The notes: generated by a model from the letters alone, not told the origin. Counted from the first letter of the stretch, positions 1 to 9,760 are shown. The stretch: DNA of 64,000 nt from a virus (IMGVR_UViG_3300021256_000095:10791-74790), one strand, 5' to 3'. A program made the numbers and translations.

Positions 1-117
1 GGGTTTTAAAAATTTATAACAGCTTTCATAATTAAGTGCTTCTTCATCAAAAATAGTATCATCAATGTGGTTTTTTATTATATCAAATAATTCTTGAGGC
101 GTAATCATCTTATTCTC

Positions 118-600
118 CTATATTAGATCATTTCTTCTATAAAAATCTATTAATGCAATTTGAAGTTCATTCCAAAATTTTGCAATTCTTTTTGGATATT
201 TGCGCATATAGTCTCCCGCCCATTTAGTAGCAAAAAATTCATCTGGACAAGCGTGATACCAATCATTTCTATTGTCATCATCTGCGCAAGATGTCATATG
301 CTCTTTCTGCTCTTCAAAATAGTCTAATTCTTCTTCAGTCCACATATCATCCGTCATGATATGGCCTACTTCGTGGAGGAGACACCAAAGCATAATATCT
401 GCGTGAACGTCAGGGTATCTTTTCTCTGCATCTTCTTTAAAGTATCTAATATCCTCTTCATCTATGACAAGAGTATAGTTAATAAGACGATCAGGACAAT
501 AAGCAAGAAATTCATTCCCTAAATCAGCTTTAATATTAAAATTTTTAGTAAAGTTATTAATGATTCTATCTATTCTTCTAATTCCTTTTAATTTAGCCAT
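118..600 (-). CDS. HExxH zincin-like metallopeptidase-domain protein
   Basis: 160 aa with LLHEVGH motif; own minus-strand promoter upstream (~630-670). Confidence 0.55.
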   Translation of the reverse strand: MAKLKGIRRIDRIINNFTKNFNIKADLGNEFLAYCPDRLINYTLVIDEEDIRYFKEDAEKRYPDVHADIMLWCLLHEVGHIMTDDMWTEEELDYFEEQKEHMTSCADDDNRNDWYHACPDEFFATKWAGDYMRKYPKRIAKFWNELQIALIDFYRRNDLI

Positions 601-696
601 ACTCTTTCACCACTTTCTTTTTTCATTTTCTATATATATTATAATAAAAAATTTTTAAAAAATCAAATAAAGCCCCGTGAATCACGGGGCTAATTC

Positions 697-903
697 TTAA
701 GAGTTCTTTATCTCCTGAATAAAATCATCTATTGCTTCAAGAATCTTTGTATCTTCAAGATAAAACACGTCTGTTCTATGTTTCGCGCCATACCAGCTCA
801 AAAAATTCATCCAAAACTGACCAACCCGCCAGTCAGGAAACTCTGCCTTATGGATACCATTAATAAAATGATAAATTGTATCTAATCTCTTTGGGTCTCT
901 CAT
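697..903 (-). CDS. Small phage protein (MRDPKR...PDWRVGQ type)
   Basis: 68 aa, canonical AGGAGG RBS, followed by hairpin 670-692. Confidence 0.6.
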   Translation of the reverse strand: MRDPKRLDTIYHFINGIHKAEFPDWRVGQFWMNFLSWYGAKHRTDVFYLEDTKILEAIDDFIQEIKNS

Positions 904-1325
904 TTTGCTACCTCCTCAAAATCAATATATTCTAATTCATCTACAATTTTTTGATTTATAAACCAATTTGTCCACGGACTTTTTGCCAAATATTTTTTAT
1001 TATAGACTTTTTTATTCCATTCATTTATATCTTTAATAAGGTCTGATCTTGATGCATCTTCATATTCACTATTAACTACTTCAATTCTTCGTTGAAGAGA
1101 TTCGTATGTCATTCTATTTTGTTCTATAGTACGATTTTCTCCAATTCCTTTAAAAAGAATTTTTCCTATACATATTGTAGAAAATACAAGTCCAAAAACA
1201 ATAAATAAACCACCTAATAATTCAATTTCATCGTAAAAACGACCAAAAATATTAATTTTTTCATTTAAAATAACAAGAGTAATTCCTATTATTAATATCC
1301 CTAAAGCAATAAGTGTAAGAATCAT
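900..1325 (-). CDS. Membrane protein, two N-terminal TM helices
   Basis: Two hydrophobic segments; 4-bp overlaps with both neighbours. Confidence 0.65.
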   Translation of the reverse strand: MILTLIALGILIIGITLVILNEKINIFGRFYDEIELLGGLFIVFGLVFSTICIGKILFKGIGENRTIEQNRMTYESLQRRIEVVNSEYEDASRSDLIKDINEWNKKVYNKKYLAKSPWTNWFINQKIVDELEYIDFEEVAK

Positions 1326-1573
1326 ATTTCTATACCTCCAAAATAATCATTTTTAATTATCTCTGCAATTTTATAATTTACTGACTTGTAACCGCCAAAA
1401 TGAAGCGCGAGCGCGGCAAGCATATATGGATCTGTAATGTCAGTATGATCATACCAATCTTTTATAAATAATTCTGCTCTATTCCATGAATTACTTGTAT
1501 GATAGGCTGCTTCTTGCCAATTTATATATAACTGAGTTGCTTCTCTAATTGACTTATAATCTATATGTGGCAT
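1322..1573 (-). CDS. Hypothetical protein
   Basis: 83 aa, GAAAGGAG RBS, coupled to the next gene. Confidence 0.6.
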   Translation of the reverse strand: MPHIDYKSIREATQLYINWQEAAYHTSNSWNRAELFIKDWYDHTDITDPYMLAALALHFGGYKSVNYKIAEIIKNDYFGGIEI

Positions 1574-1577
1574 ATAA

Positions 1578-2489
1578 TCACTCTCCTTTCTTAACTATAC
1601 ACCTACTAAGCTGAGTCTGTAAAATACCTCGAAATTCAGTATGTGCTTTGATAGTTCCACTTAATATAATCTTATCTCCTATTTCTATTGTATTATCAAT
1701 AGAAGACTGCGTGAACCAAGTGAATATGTTATCACCTATTTTAAAAGTGTAAAGGATAGAACCACCCCATTCACCTTCAATATATTTAATTGATTCAAGG
1801 ATAGCTTCAACTTTTCTTATTCTATCACCGATTGTACCATAATGCTGAGATTTTGATGTTGATGCGTTAGTCTTTGATATTGTTTCAGCTATATCATTTT
1901 TTATTTTTATAAGTGCATTATCTTTAAAGTAAGGCTTCTTATTTCTATAATCCCAGTTGTATATTCCATCAAAAGTACAGTGATAGAAAAATGCGGTTGG
2001 TGGTAATGGAAGATCTTCAGGCTTGGTATTTGTATTAAAGAACCAGCCAAGTGACGCATCATAGCGGGCTCCCGCATTTTTAAGTATATCTTTATACTCA
2101 TAAGTGTTAAATCCCGCAGGAATAAAGATATTACCATCTCCGTATCCGTACTTTTCCATATATTCTTTCTTATTCTTCTCAGAGTTAGCTTTAAGCTCTT
2201 CCTCTTTCTTTATTCTCTTGCGCTCTGCCGCAGCATCAAGTTTAGCTCTTTCATCTTCAGTATAAGCGCGAACAGTTTCATAGAACTTTCCAGCGCCCCT
2301 GCAATAGAAACAAACTCCATTATCAACATGACCATAATAAGGAATTTCTCCCTTTCCGCCACAACGAGGACAGTCTATTTTGCAGTCCGCCATCATTTTT
2401 CCATTCTGATTATAAACTTTTATTACTTTATATCCTTTTTCCTCATAAGTTTTAGCTAATCTATATTCCATAATCAACACCTCTTTCAT
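1578..2489 (-). CDS. DnaJ-type Zn-finger plus C-terminal OB-fold-like protein
   Basis: CPRCGGKG...CFYCRGAG repeats; beta-rich C-terminus (GDKIILSGTIKAH..QTQLSRC); own promoter. Confidence 0.6.
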   Translation of the reverse strand: MKEVLIMEYRLAKTYEEKGYKVIKVYNQNGKMMADCKIDCPRCGGKGEIPYYGHVDNGVCFYCRGAGKFYETVRAYTEDERAKLDAAAERKRIKKEEELKANSEKNKKEYMEKYGYGDGNIFIPAGFNTYEYKDILKNAGARYDASLGWFFNTNTKPEDLPLPPTAFFYHCTFDGIYNWDYRNKKPYFKDNALIKIKNDIAETISKTNASTSKSQHYGTIGDRIRKVEAILESIKYIEGEWGGSILYTFKIGDNIFTWFTQSSIDNTIEIGDKIILSGTIKAHTEFRGILQTQLSRCIVKKGE

Positions 2490-2584
2490 TTCCTTTTTTA
2501 ACTTTTCTATAATTATTATAACAAAAAATTTTAAAAAAATAAAATGGAGAATATATTATTAATATACTCTCCATTAAAACATGA

Positions 2585-3193
2585 TTATTTCCATATATAC
2601 ATATGGTTTTTTTCTTCTTCAACCATAGCATCCATATTCCAAAAATCAACAAACTCTGACTGAAGGCATGGCCCTATTAAATTACCATTAAGTATTTCAA
2701 TAGCCTTATTAGCTAATTCTTCTGTAAGTCCGCTATACTCACTTTTATCTTGAAAGTTATATAGTGTTTTTATCCAATGCTTTTTTATTTTATCTTGATC
2801 ATAACCATGAAACCACTCGTCATCAAGAATTACCCAATTTTTAACTTGCGGGTTGTGGTCAAGCCAAGATAGAATTTCATCTGCTCGATCAATCCATCTT
2901 TTTTCAATAGTCTTGCTATATACTTTTAAGCCCTGAGCGCGCAGCTTATTACTTAAATATTTTGCCATTTGATGATTCTGTTTGTACGCTCCTACTTCAA
3001 AATATTTTCTCCAAGTAGAAATTAATACTATTTTTGCATTTGTTTCTTTTACTATCTTAGCAAGTAGTTTAACTTTTGAATTATCAACTCCTAAGTAAGA
3101 AATTTCATCATATATACAACAAGATTTTGAATGTTCCCAATTAAGAACGCCATCTATATCGAGAAAAATAATACTATTAACCTCAATATTCAT
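2585..3193 (-). CDS. HAD-family phosphatase, Swiss-army-knife RNA-repair type (HAD_SAK-like)
   Basis: IIFLDIDGVLN motif I, IVLISTWR, WVILDD motif IV. Confidence 0.75.
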   Translation of the reverse strand: MNIEVNSIIFLDIDGVLNWEHSKSCCIYDEISYLGVDNSKVKLLAKIVKETNAKIVLISTWRKYFEVGAYKQNHQMAKYLSNKLRAQGLKVYSKTIEKRWIDRADEILSWLDHNPQVKNWVILDDEWFHGYDQDKIKKHWIKTLYNFQDKSEYSGLTEELANKAIEILNGNLIGPCLQSEFVDFWNMDAMVEEEKNHMYIWK

Positions 3194-3280
3194 TAAATCG
3201 TCTCCTTAATAATGATACAAAATTAAATATACGCGGTATCAAATAGACATCATGGGCGGCCGCCCCGCACAAACCTATTA

Positions 3281-3547
3281 TTATATCTGTGAAGTATCCC
3301 ATTTATTTATTTCCTCCGTTTCTCTACAAGAAGCTAAGAATCCTTTTGTTTCTACTACATTTATAGACTCCTCACACCACTCAATCATTAATGAAAGTAA
3401 TTCTTTTTCACCATAAACACTTACAATTTTTGTAGTAGCTTCTGTAAAAGTTTCTGCATTGACGAAACCTTCAACATATTCAACTTTATTTTCAACTTCA
3501 TCAGATATTTTAGCTTTATAAGCAAACAGATCCATCATGATAACCAT
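3281..3547 (-). CDS. Hypothetical protein
   Basis: 88-aa ORF overlapping the upstream gene. Confidence 0.55.
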   Translation of the reverse strand: MVIMMDLFAYKAKISDEVENKVEYVEGFVNAETFTEATTKIVSVYGEKELLSLMIEWCEESINVVETKGFLASCRETEEINKWDTSQI

Positions 3548-3756
3548 TTCCTTTCTATCTTTTGTATTTCTTTATCTGTAATATCATATATTTTATATTT
3601 TTCACATAAGGTCGTAAAAACTCCAAGCGGGACTACATTATGCGCATAGCCTGCTTCCCGCAGCTCTCTACCTATTGCATTAATCTTACCTTCACGAGTA
3701 TTTACAAGTCCTGTGCCTTCCGCTTCATTCATATATAACCAATATCCAAGATCCAT
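3535..3756 (-). CDS. Hypothetical protein
   Basis: 73 aa, GGAGAGG RBS. Confidence 0.6.
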   Translation of the reverse strand: MDLGYWLYMNEAEGTGLVNTREGKINAIGRELREAGYAHNVVPLGVFTTLCEKYKIYDITDKEIQKIERKWLS

Positions 3757-3773
3757 AAACCTCTCCTTCCCGC

Positions 3774-4235
3774 TTAATAGTTTGCAAGCATTACAATTTT
3801 AACATTATCAGGGTGAATGTAATCCTCATCCGCAAGATTAAGCATTACATTAACGCTATTGACAATCTCAGTATAAAATCTGTTCATATCAATTTCATCT
3901 TCGTCATCTTCCTCGTCTGAAGGAGAAGGAGTCTTAGCAGACTTGTTCTTTGCTTTTTCAACAAGATACATAAAATAAGTAAGACTCATTTCATAAGCTT
4001 CAATACCTATGTAATCATTATCTTCATCTTCTTCATTCTCATCTCTGTAATAATGATTAACATATTCTTTCATTTCTTCAAATGAAGTTTTACGAAAAAC
4101 CATTCTAAATTCATCAAAGAGCGCCCAACCGCAATAAGTAATGCTAACAGGTTCACCTTCTCTATTGTAAAGTGGAAGGTCTATATATTTATTATCTTTC
4201 TTAATTTTTACGAAAAAGTTCATATCAACACCCAT
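3774..4235 (-). CDS. Acidic hypothetical protein
   Basis: 153 aa, GAAAGAGG RBS, D/E-rich tracts. Confidence 0.65.
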   Translation of the reverse strand: MGVDMNFFVKIKKDNKYIDLPLYNREGEPVSITYCGWALFDEFRMVFRKTSFEEMKEYVNHYYRDENEEDEDNDYIGIEAYEMSLTYFMYLVEKAKNKSAKTPSPSDEEDDEDEIDMNRFYTEIVNSVNVMLNLADEDYIHPDNVKIVMLANY

Positions 4236-4253
4236 AAATCACACCTCTTTCTA

Positions 4254-4778
4254 TTACCAATTCTGTACTACTCTCAAATTATTTCCATGACATCTTCCGC
4301 AACTGCAATACTTTATGTTATCTATTGTCTTACATCTGCGGGAGTATGTTCCAATCATTTTATTACAATCATTACACCATACTTCATATTTACTCTGCGC
4401 GTTCTGGTCACGAAAACCATTAACGTGCTGCGCTGCTTTATCATGTGTGCAGCCTATTTCCGCACATTTACGCTTGAATACCGCATCATGACCGTGGTCA
4501 ACGCCAGTCATCAAGAGAATGTAGTAATGTGCATATTCATGTTTAATTACCTGTATAATATCTTCATCACTTGCGTTCTCTATGAGGTTGCGCGCAAACT
4601 CTATTTTTGTAGGGGCATATGTATATCCATCTTCTGCATAGCCATCAGCGCCGAACTTTACTCTACCCATTGCGCGAGTCAGACGACCATTTATTTCAAT
4701 AGGAACGATAATCTTACCAAGACCGTCCGCCATGCTTAACTTATTAAGTTCTGCTCTTACTCTTTCTATTGTAAACAT
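4254..4778 (-). CDS. SprT-like zinc metalloprotease
   Basis: IKHEYAHY...GHDAVFK motif plus C-terminal CNDC/CGRC Zn ribbon. Confidence 0.8.
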   Translation of the reverse strand: MFTIERVRAELNKLSMADGLGKIIVPIEINGRLTRAMGRVKFGADGYAEDGYTYAPTKIEFARNLIENASDEDIIQVIKHEYAHYYILLMTGVDHGHDAVFKRKCAEIGCTHDKAAQHVNGFRDQNAQSKYEVWCNDCNKMIGTYSRRCKTIDNIKYCSCGRCHGNNLRVVQNW

Positions 4779-4870
4779 CTCGCGCCACCTCTCATTTCAT
4801 CTCATTTTTTATTTTCTATAATTATTATAATAAAATTTTTATTAAAAATCAAATAAGGTTGCGCGCAACG

Positions 4871-4900
4871 TTGACAAAGAAGAAAAAATTTAGTATAATA
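4871..4900 (+). promoter_or_regulatory. Sigma-A-type promoter for the two rightward paralogues
   Basis: TTGACA followed by TATAAT at promoter spacing. Confidence 0.7.
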
Positions 4901-4937
4901 AAATTAAAGAAAAATGATTAAAAGGATGGTAAGTATT

Positions 4938-5204
4938 ATGAATAAAGAAACGAATGATGAATGGATTTATCCAATAGAAATGGCAAAAGAGTTGACTAAG
5001 TGGTCTAGCCAATATTGTAAACAAAAACTTAAATTTTATAACAGAATGATACAACAGATGGCAAAGAAAGGTAAAGATTTTATTGAAGTAAAGTATGATC
5101 CTGATGATGATTTTATTTACGACAAAATGAAAACTGTAGGTTATAAAGTATTAAAAACCGAGGATAATCTTATTCGAATCTCATGGCAAGATAGTGATTC
5201 TTAA
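4938..5204 (+). CDS. Hypothetical protein, paralogue A of a tandem pair
   Basis: Aligns by eye with 5251..5526 (E.A.ELTK...GK..I.V.Y...G..VL...ISW). Confidence 0.65.
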   Translation: MNKETNDEWIYPIEMAKELTKWSSQYCKQKLKFYNRMIQQMAKKGKDFIEVKYDPDDDFIYDKMKTVGYKVLKTEDNLIRISWQDSDS

Positions 5205-5250
5205 ATTAAAGAAAAATGATTAAGAAAGACGGGGAGGTATTATAAATAAT

Positions 5251-5526
5251 ATGTCAATAGAAGATTTAAATACGGTAATTTCAATAGAGAAGGCAAGAGA
5301 GTTGACTAAAAAGGCTAATGACTTTACTCCTAATCAAAGAATTAAATATTATAATACTTTAATAGAGAGAGCAGCAAAATTAGGCAAAAATTATATACAG
5401 GTAAGGTATTGGGATGAAGATGAATTTGTTTATGAGAAGTTGCGGGAGGCGGGCTTTGAGGTACTTCAAGGTGAAAATACTTTAATGACGATTGTAAAAA
5501 TTTCATGGCGGGAAATAGAGCTTTGA
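5251..5526 (+). CDS. Hypothetical protein, paralogue B of a tandem pair
   Basis: GGAGG RBS; upstream TTAAAGAAAAATGATTAA duplicated from paralogue A. Confidence 0.7.
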   Translation: MSIEDLNTVISIEKARELTKKANDFTPNQRIKYYNTLIERAAKLGKNYIQVRYWDEDEFVYEKLREAGFEVLQGENTLMTIVKISWREIEL

Positions 5527-5631
5527 GGCGTCATGAGGAGACAAATCCCGCGATAGTTGCAAAAACAGTTAAAAAAGAAAGAGAGATAGAATCCGAAAGA
5601 ACACGAAAAATCGGTAGTATAGGAGTGAAAT

Positions 5632-5814
5632 ATGTTAGTTTTAATATTAATTTTATTAGGGGTAATTGTTATTGGGGTTGGTATAATTATATGGGGGATT
5701 GTGCAAATTAGAGAGGATATAGAGTATTTAGCGCTGAGTGTAGTTATAAATAAGAGGGTAGATGAATATTTGAGGGGTAATGTTGAAAAAATTAAAAGAC
5801 CCCCTGATTTTTAA
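5632..5814 (+). CDS. Small membrane protein
   Basis: AGGAG RBS, one long hydrophobic helix; ends in terminator 5797-5824. Confidence 0.6.
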   Translation: MLVLILILLGVIVIGVGIIIWGIVQIREDIEYLALSVVINKRVDEYLRGNVEKIKRPPDF

Positions 5815-5833
5815 TAGGGGGTCTTGTTTTTAG

Positions 5834-6514
5834 TTATTTTTTTTCGGGGGTACTTTCCCAATTATAAGGTTGATACTTTTTTGTCTTTTGAGGGCGGAAA
5901 CCATATTTGTCTTTAAATATATTCATTATTGTATTATAATCATTTAATACATTATCTCCTAATAATTCGAGGAATTCTTGTTTAGAGAGGTTTCCCGCTT
6001 GGTATTCCGCGCAATATTTAAAGTTTAATTCATTGTTGCCTTTTGTTTTAAAAAGCATTTTAAGATAATCAAGTTCTTCTGCGGTTAGAGGGATATAATG
6101 CAGATGATCTTCTGAAGGTCTACTCCATCTATCATCTACTGATGTATAGAATGTACGAAGAACTTGTCTGACATAGCGCGCAACTGTTTCTTCTTGAACT
6201 TTATACTTATTATTAACTTGTATGTTTCGCGCAACATTTGAACCTGAATTATAAGGTTCTTCCGCAATGATAGTATCAGTTTTTTGTTTGTAGTATTCCA
6301 TACGTTTCTCCTTTGAATTTTTCTCTTTTGGGGTTTCAAATGGTTTTAACTCTTTTGTGAGAACATAGTTACCTTTTGTTGTTAAGTACCAATTAAAATA
6401 TTGAGATAAATGTTCGAGATATTTTTCTCTATTATTAGAGAAAGTTTTTGGAGTTACTTTAAAAAATGTTTCTGCTATAAATCGTGCAGGATAGGGTTTG
6501 TTTAATTCATACAT
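5834..6514 (-). CDS. Hypothetical DNA-binding protein, possible replication initiator
   Basis: Basic helical protein, GAAAGGAG RBS, adjacent to iteron-like repeats; function inferred from context only. Confidence 0.45.
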   Translation of the reverse strand: MYELNKPYPARFIAETFFKVTPKTFSNNREKYLEHLSQYFNWYLTTKGNYVLTKELKPFETPKEKNSKEKRMEYYKQKTDTIIAEEPYNSGSNVARNIQVNNKYKVQEETVARYVRQVLRTFYTSVDDRWSRPSEDHLHYIPLTAEELDYLKMLFKTKGNNELNFKYCAEYQAGNLSKQEFLELLGDNVLNDYNTIMNIFKDKYGFRPQKTKKYQPYNWESTPEKK

Positions 6515-6582
6515 AAATATTTTCTCCTTTCTGTTATACAATATATAAAAAATATATTATATAAATTTAATATAGTTGTCCT

Positions 6583-7038
6583 AAAAAATGGAATAAAAGT
6601 GCTTACATTTTCCTTTTCAAGTATTTTGTTCCATTTTTGAATCCAGTTTTATTATATATAGAAGCGTATTTTTAGTTAGTAAAATACAAGGTTTTACTTG
6701 TATACAAGTTTTTATTTATTTTTGTTCCATTTTTGAATCCGTCTCTATATATATAATAAATCCGGATTTAGAAATGGAACAAAAATAATAGTTTTTATTA
6801 GAGTAGAAGTAAAAGTATTAGAGCAGATAGATTTTAAAAGATTTTTTAAGATTCTCGGAGTTTAAGAAAATCCTTTAAAATCCTCGGAGTTTTAAAAAAT
6901 CCTCGGAGTGTGGTGCCCAAACTTCCTCCCCCTATACCACCTTACTCTTCTTCATGACGTCCGTTAACAAAAGTCAGTCTCCGTAAGATTAGTTTTAAAT
7001 CGAGGACCGAAGGTCCGAAGATTTAAAACTAATCTTAC
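6583..7038. repeat. Iteron-like repeats and long hairpin (possible origin or terminus)
   Basis: TTTTGTTCCATTTTTGAATCC at 6624 and 6720, inverted 2-mismatch copy at 6764, partial at 6583; three CTCGGAGT-core repeats 6851-6909; perfect 19-bp stem 6983-7001/7020-7038. Confidence 0.7.
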
Positions 7039-7686
7039 TTTTCTTTCCTTTACTTTTTTAAAAATATATATTATAATTAAAGTGAATAAATATAATAAAT
7101 ATAATATTAAATATTTTATAAAAAATCAAATCATCTATTTTTGGGAAGCATATGATGCGGGCGCGCGTGCGAGAAGCAAAAAACAACTATCAAACTCCCC
7201 TGGACTCCCTTAAGGCGGCCGCTGCCGCCCTGAGCATTCAAACATTCAAATAACCAGTGCATAAAGCCATATGCGGGCGCTCGTCTAATGCAGCGGTGGA
7301 CGAGGGTAAAGCAGGTTTATACAAGGTTAAGGAGGCGGAAACCGCAGGTTTACATAAGATTATTATGGTAAACTTAATAAAAATTAAAATTTTCTGTCAA
7401 ATTATTAAAAAAATTAAGCGAAAAGTAGCATTTTTGGGAAAAAATAAGTAAAAAATTGAAAAAAATTTTCAAAATTAATTGACATTTGATGAATTTTATG
7501 GTAGAATTGGCGCTGGACCGGTGGTCCGCGCCCCGATTATACACTTTTTGGGTGTATTTGTCAAGTATTTTATTAAAAAAAGTGCATTTTTTTGCACTTT
7601 TTCTTTATCCGGGCGCAAAAACCGCGCCTTGTCAAGCAAAAAATGCGTCTTTCAGCGCATTTTTTGCTTTTTAGGGGGCAACCGCC

Positions 7687-8061
7687 CTACTTTTTAGGCG
7701 GGCGGTGTTTGGTCAGCTTAAAGGTGTACTCTGCACCCTCATAGCTAAAAGCTATTTCAGTTTCAGTTTTTACCGCCTTTATGTCTGCCCCGATTTCCTC
7801 TAAAAGGGTCTTTACATCAGCGAGCAACCGCCCCTTTACCTCGTCAACCTTGCGCACCTTTTCAGCCTTTTTTCTTGGCTTTGCGCTCTGTTCATAACGT
7901 CTTTCCCCTTTGACGTTCTGCGCCTTTTTGGTTTCCTCAGTTGGTTCAATCTTGCCCTCTTCTTCAAGGATAAGGTCGCAAGCTTCTGTGATACTGATTT
8001 CAAGGCTCTCAACGTACTTATCAATAAGTTCATCAGATACTTCAAAACCTTTGTATTTCAT
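7687..8061 (-). CDS. Hypothetical protein
   Basis: AGAGAGG RBS, own promoter ~8088-8117, terminator 7682-7706. Confidence 0.7.
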   Translation of the reverse strand: MKYKGFEVSDELIDKYVESLEISITEACDLILEEEGKIEPTEETKKAQNVKGERRYEQSAKPRKKAEKVRKVDEVKGRLLADVKTLLEEIGADIKAVKTETEIAFSYEGAEYTFKLTKHRPPKK

Positions 8062-8135
8062 TTTTATCACCTCTCTTGTTTTTCTTTATTATATCATAGG
8101 GGCTGGCGGTTTGTCAACCCCTATTTTATATTTTT

Positions 8136-8828
8136 TTAAGAAAAACATTCTTTCCTCATTGTTTTGTGTTTTGCAAAACAATATTTTAGAATTTCCTTCT
8201 CAATTAGTACATCTTCAAGTCCAGTGTGACTTTCAATAAAGTCAAGATTATTTGTGATATATTTATAAATAACCTCGGCTTTTACTTGCGGTCTTGGCGT
8301 CTTATGCTTTGTTAAAAATCCATTTTCAAAACAAAAATTAATATAACTTGGTGTTTTAGCAATTACGTCTTGCGCCATTTTCATAGTATCCCAAATCTCA
8401 CAACCGCTTGGTAAAAAGTATCTAAATTTTGACTTTGTAAGCCACCTTTGCGTGTTATTTGTTGCACCATAGTCAAAACGCATATTGTGTGCGCAAACTG
8501 TTTTTGTATTATACCTTTTCAGCGTTTCCGCAAGGTCTTTTTTAATTGAATACCATGTTGCAACTTTACGCTTACCGCTCTTTATATCCGCATAATATTG
8601 CGGTAATTTCTCCGCATAATAACTTGATTTCATTAATTCTTTTTCATCAAAGAATATATCTCTGTTTATATATGACTTTGTTTCATATACATTACCTTTT
8701 TTATCAACAACCGCCCAACCTATGTCATATACAAACATATTATAAGGTGTAACTCCATTAAAATCTTTGTCAAGTGGGCAAGTTTCAGTGTCCATAACTA
8801 CTATATAATGTTTTCTCTTGTCTATCAA
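8136..8828 (-). CDS. DEDDh 3'-5' exonuclease
   Basis: VMDTET (ExoI), AHNMRFD (ExoII), HTGLED (ExoIII); TTG start with RBS. Confidence 0.85.
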   Translation of the reverse strand: MIDKRKHYIVVMDTETCPLDKDFNGVTPYNMFVYDIGWAVVDKKGNVYETKSYINRDIFFDEKELMKSSYYAEKLPQYYADIKSGKRKVATWYSIKKDLAETLKRYNTKTVCAHNMRFDYGATNNTQRWLTKSKFRYFLPSGCEIWDTMKMAQDVIAKTPSYINFCFENGFLTKHKTPRPQVKAEVIYKYITNNLDFIESHTGLEDVLIEKEILKYCFAKHKTMRKECFS

Positions 8829-8874
8829 TTTTGTTTACCTCTTTTCTCTTGATGATGTAATCATTATAACATAT

Positions 8875-9336
8875 TTATGCTACGTTGTCAAGTATTTTTT
8901 CAAGCTCTGTTAAAATGTTTTCATTTGCGTTTACGGTTGCGCCCAAATTCCAACCTTTACGCACTTTTTCATTATCATCAAACAATATCTGAAAACCGCC
9001 CCTTTTTCTTGTGCAATTTGCTTTTGTAGTTCCATACTTCACGAGATGTATCTCGTCATATGGAAAACCATATTTTGCAAGCCATTTAAGTTTAGCCTGA
9101 CGAACCATGTCATCATATGCTTTTGTACCACCTTTTGCGAGCCACGTTGTAACAACTACACGATAGCCATATGCCTTTAAACTATTGAGTATTTCAGCCA
9201 TATAATTCATATCATAAAACGGCTTTGCTTCATCATATGGTCTTGTGTTTTCATTCCTTAAATCATTCAGCCAACCCTCTACACCATAAAGATCAGCGAT
9301 TGTTCCGTCCATATCAAATACAAGTGTTCTGTTCAT
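8875..9336 (-). CDS. HAD-family 5'(3')-nucleotidase-like protein
   Basis: LVFDMDGTIADL motif I, ILFDD motif IV. Confidence 0.75.
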   Translation of the reverse strand: MNRTLVFDMDGTIADLYGVEGWLNDLRNENTRPYDEAKPFYDMNYMAEILNSLKAYGYRVVVTTWLAKGGTKAYDDMVRQAKLKWLAKYGFPYDEIHLVKYGTTKANCTRKRGGFQILFDDNEKVRKGWNLGATVNANENILTELEKILDNVA

Positions 9337-9541
9337 ATCTCTTACCTCTTTTCCTTTGTTTTCTTTATTATATCACTTGCGGTTGCTATTGTCAAGCACT
9401 TTTTTAATTATTTTTTTATGCTTGCTTAGTGCGCTTACCGCTCCTTACATTATCTATTATAACAGATTGATTATAAAATGCAATATACAAAATGCACAAA
9501 GTTTCAGGAGAAAATTTGTGCAAAATTTTTTAAAATTTTAC

Positions 9542-9647
9542 TTGACAAAAAAGCTCGACGGGTGTATAATGGAAATTTGGCGCGAACTCGACTTCCTCCG
9601 GGCGAGTTCGCGCCAAGGAAAATAGCCATAGTTTTCACTATGACTAT
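9542..9647 (+). ncRNA. Rightward promoter, short hairpin RNA and bidirectional terminator (unit B)
   Basis: TTGACA 9542, TATAAT 9565; 14-bp stem TTGGCGCGAACTCG/CGAGTTCGCGCCAA; terminator 9622-9647; no ORF. Confidence 0.6.
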
Positions 9648-9681
9648 AAGGAAAGGAGGTTTCAATTTTCATCTCGTTGAG

Positions 9682-9760
9682 TGGAGCGAACGGGACTCGA
9701 ACCCGTAGCATAGGTAATAATTTGTCACCCACATGGTCTGTTCCAGTTAGTCATCGCCCC
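9682..9760 (-). tRNA. tRNA-like RNA with alanine-type acceptor stem and non-canonical anticodon arm
   Basis: GGGGCGA/TCGCTCC-A acceptor (G3.U70, A73); T arm ACGGG-TTCGAGT-CCCGT; D-like AACTGG; anticodon loop CAAATTA lacks U33; no encoded CCA. Confidence 0.7.

Noticed and set aside
4287-4739. 150-aa plus-strand ORF
   Set aside because: Antisense shadow of the SprT-like gene; no RBS
7257-7697. Three 62-72 aa ORFs at the array's left edge
   Set aside because: They overlap promoter boxes and A-tracts and lack convincing RBSs
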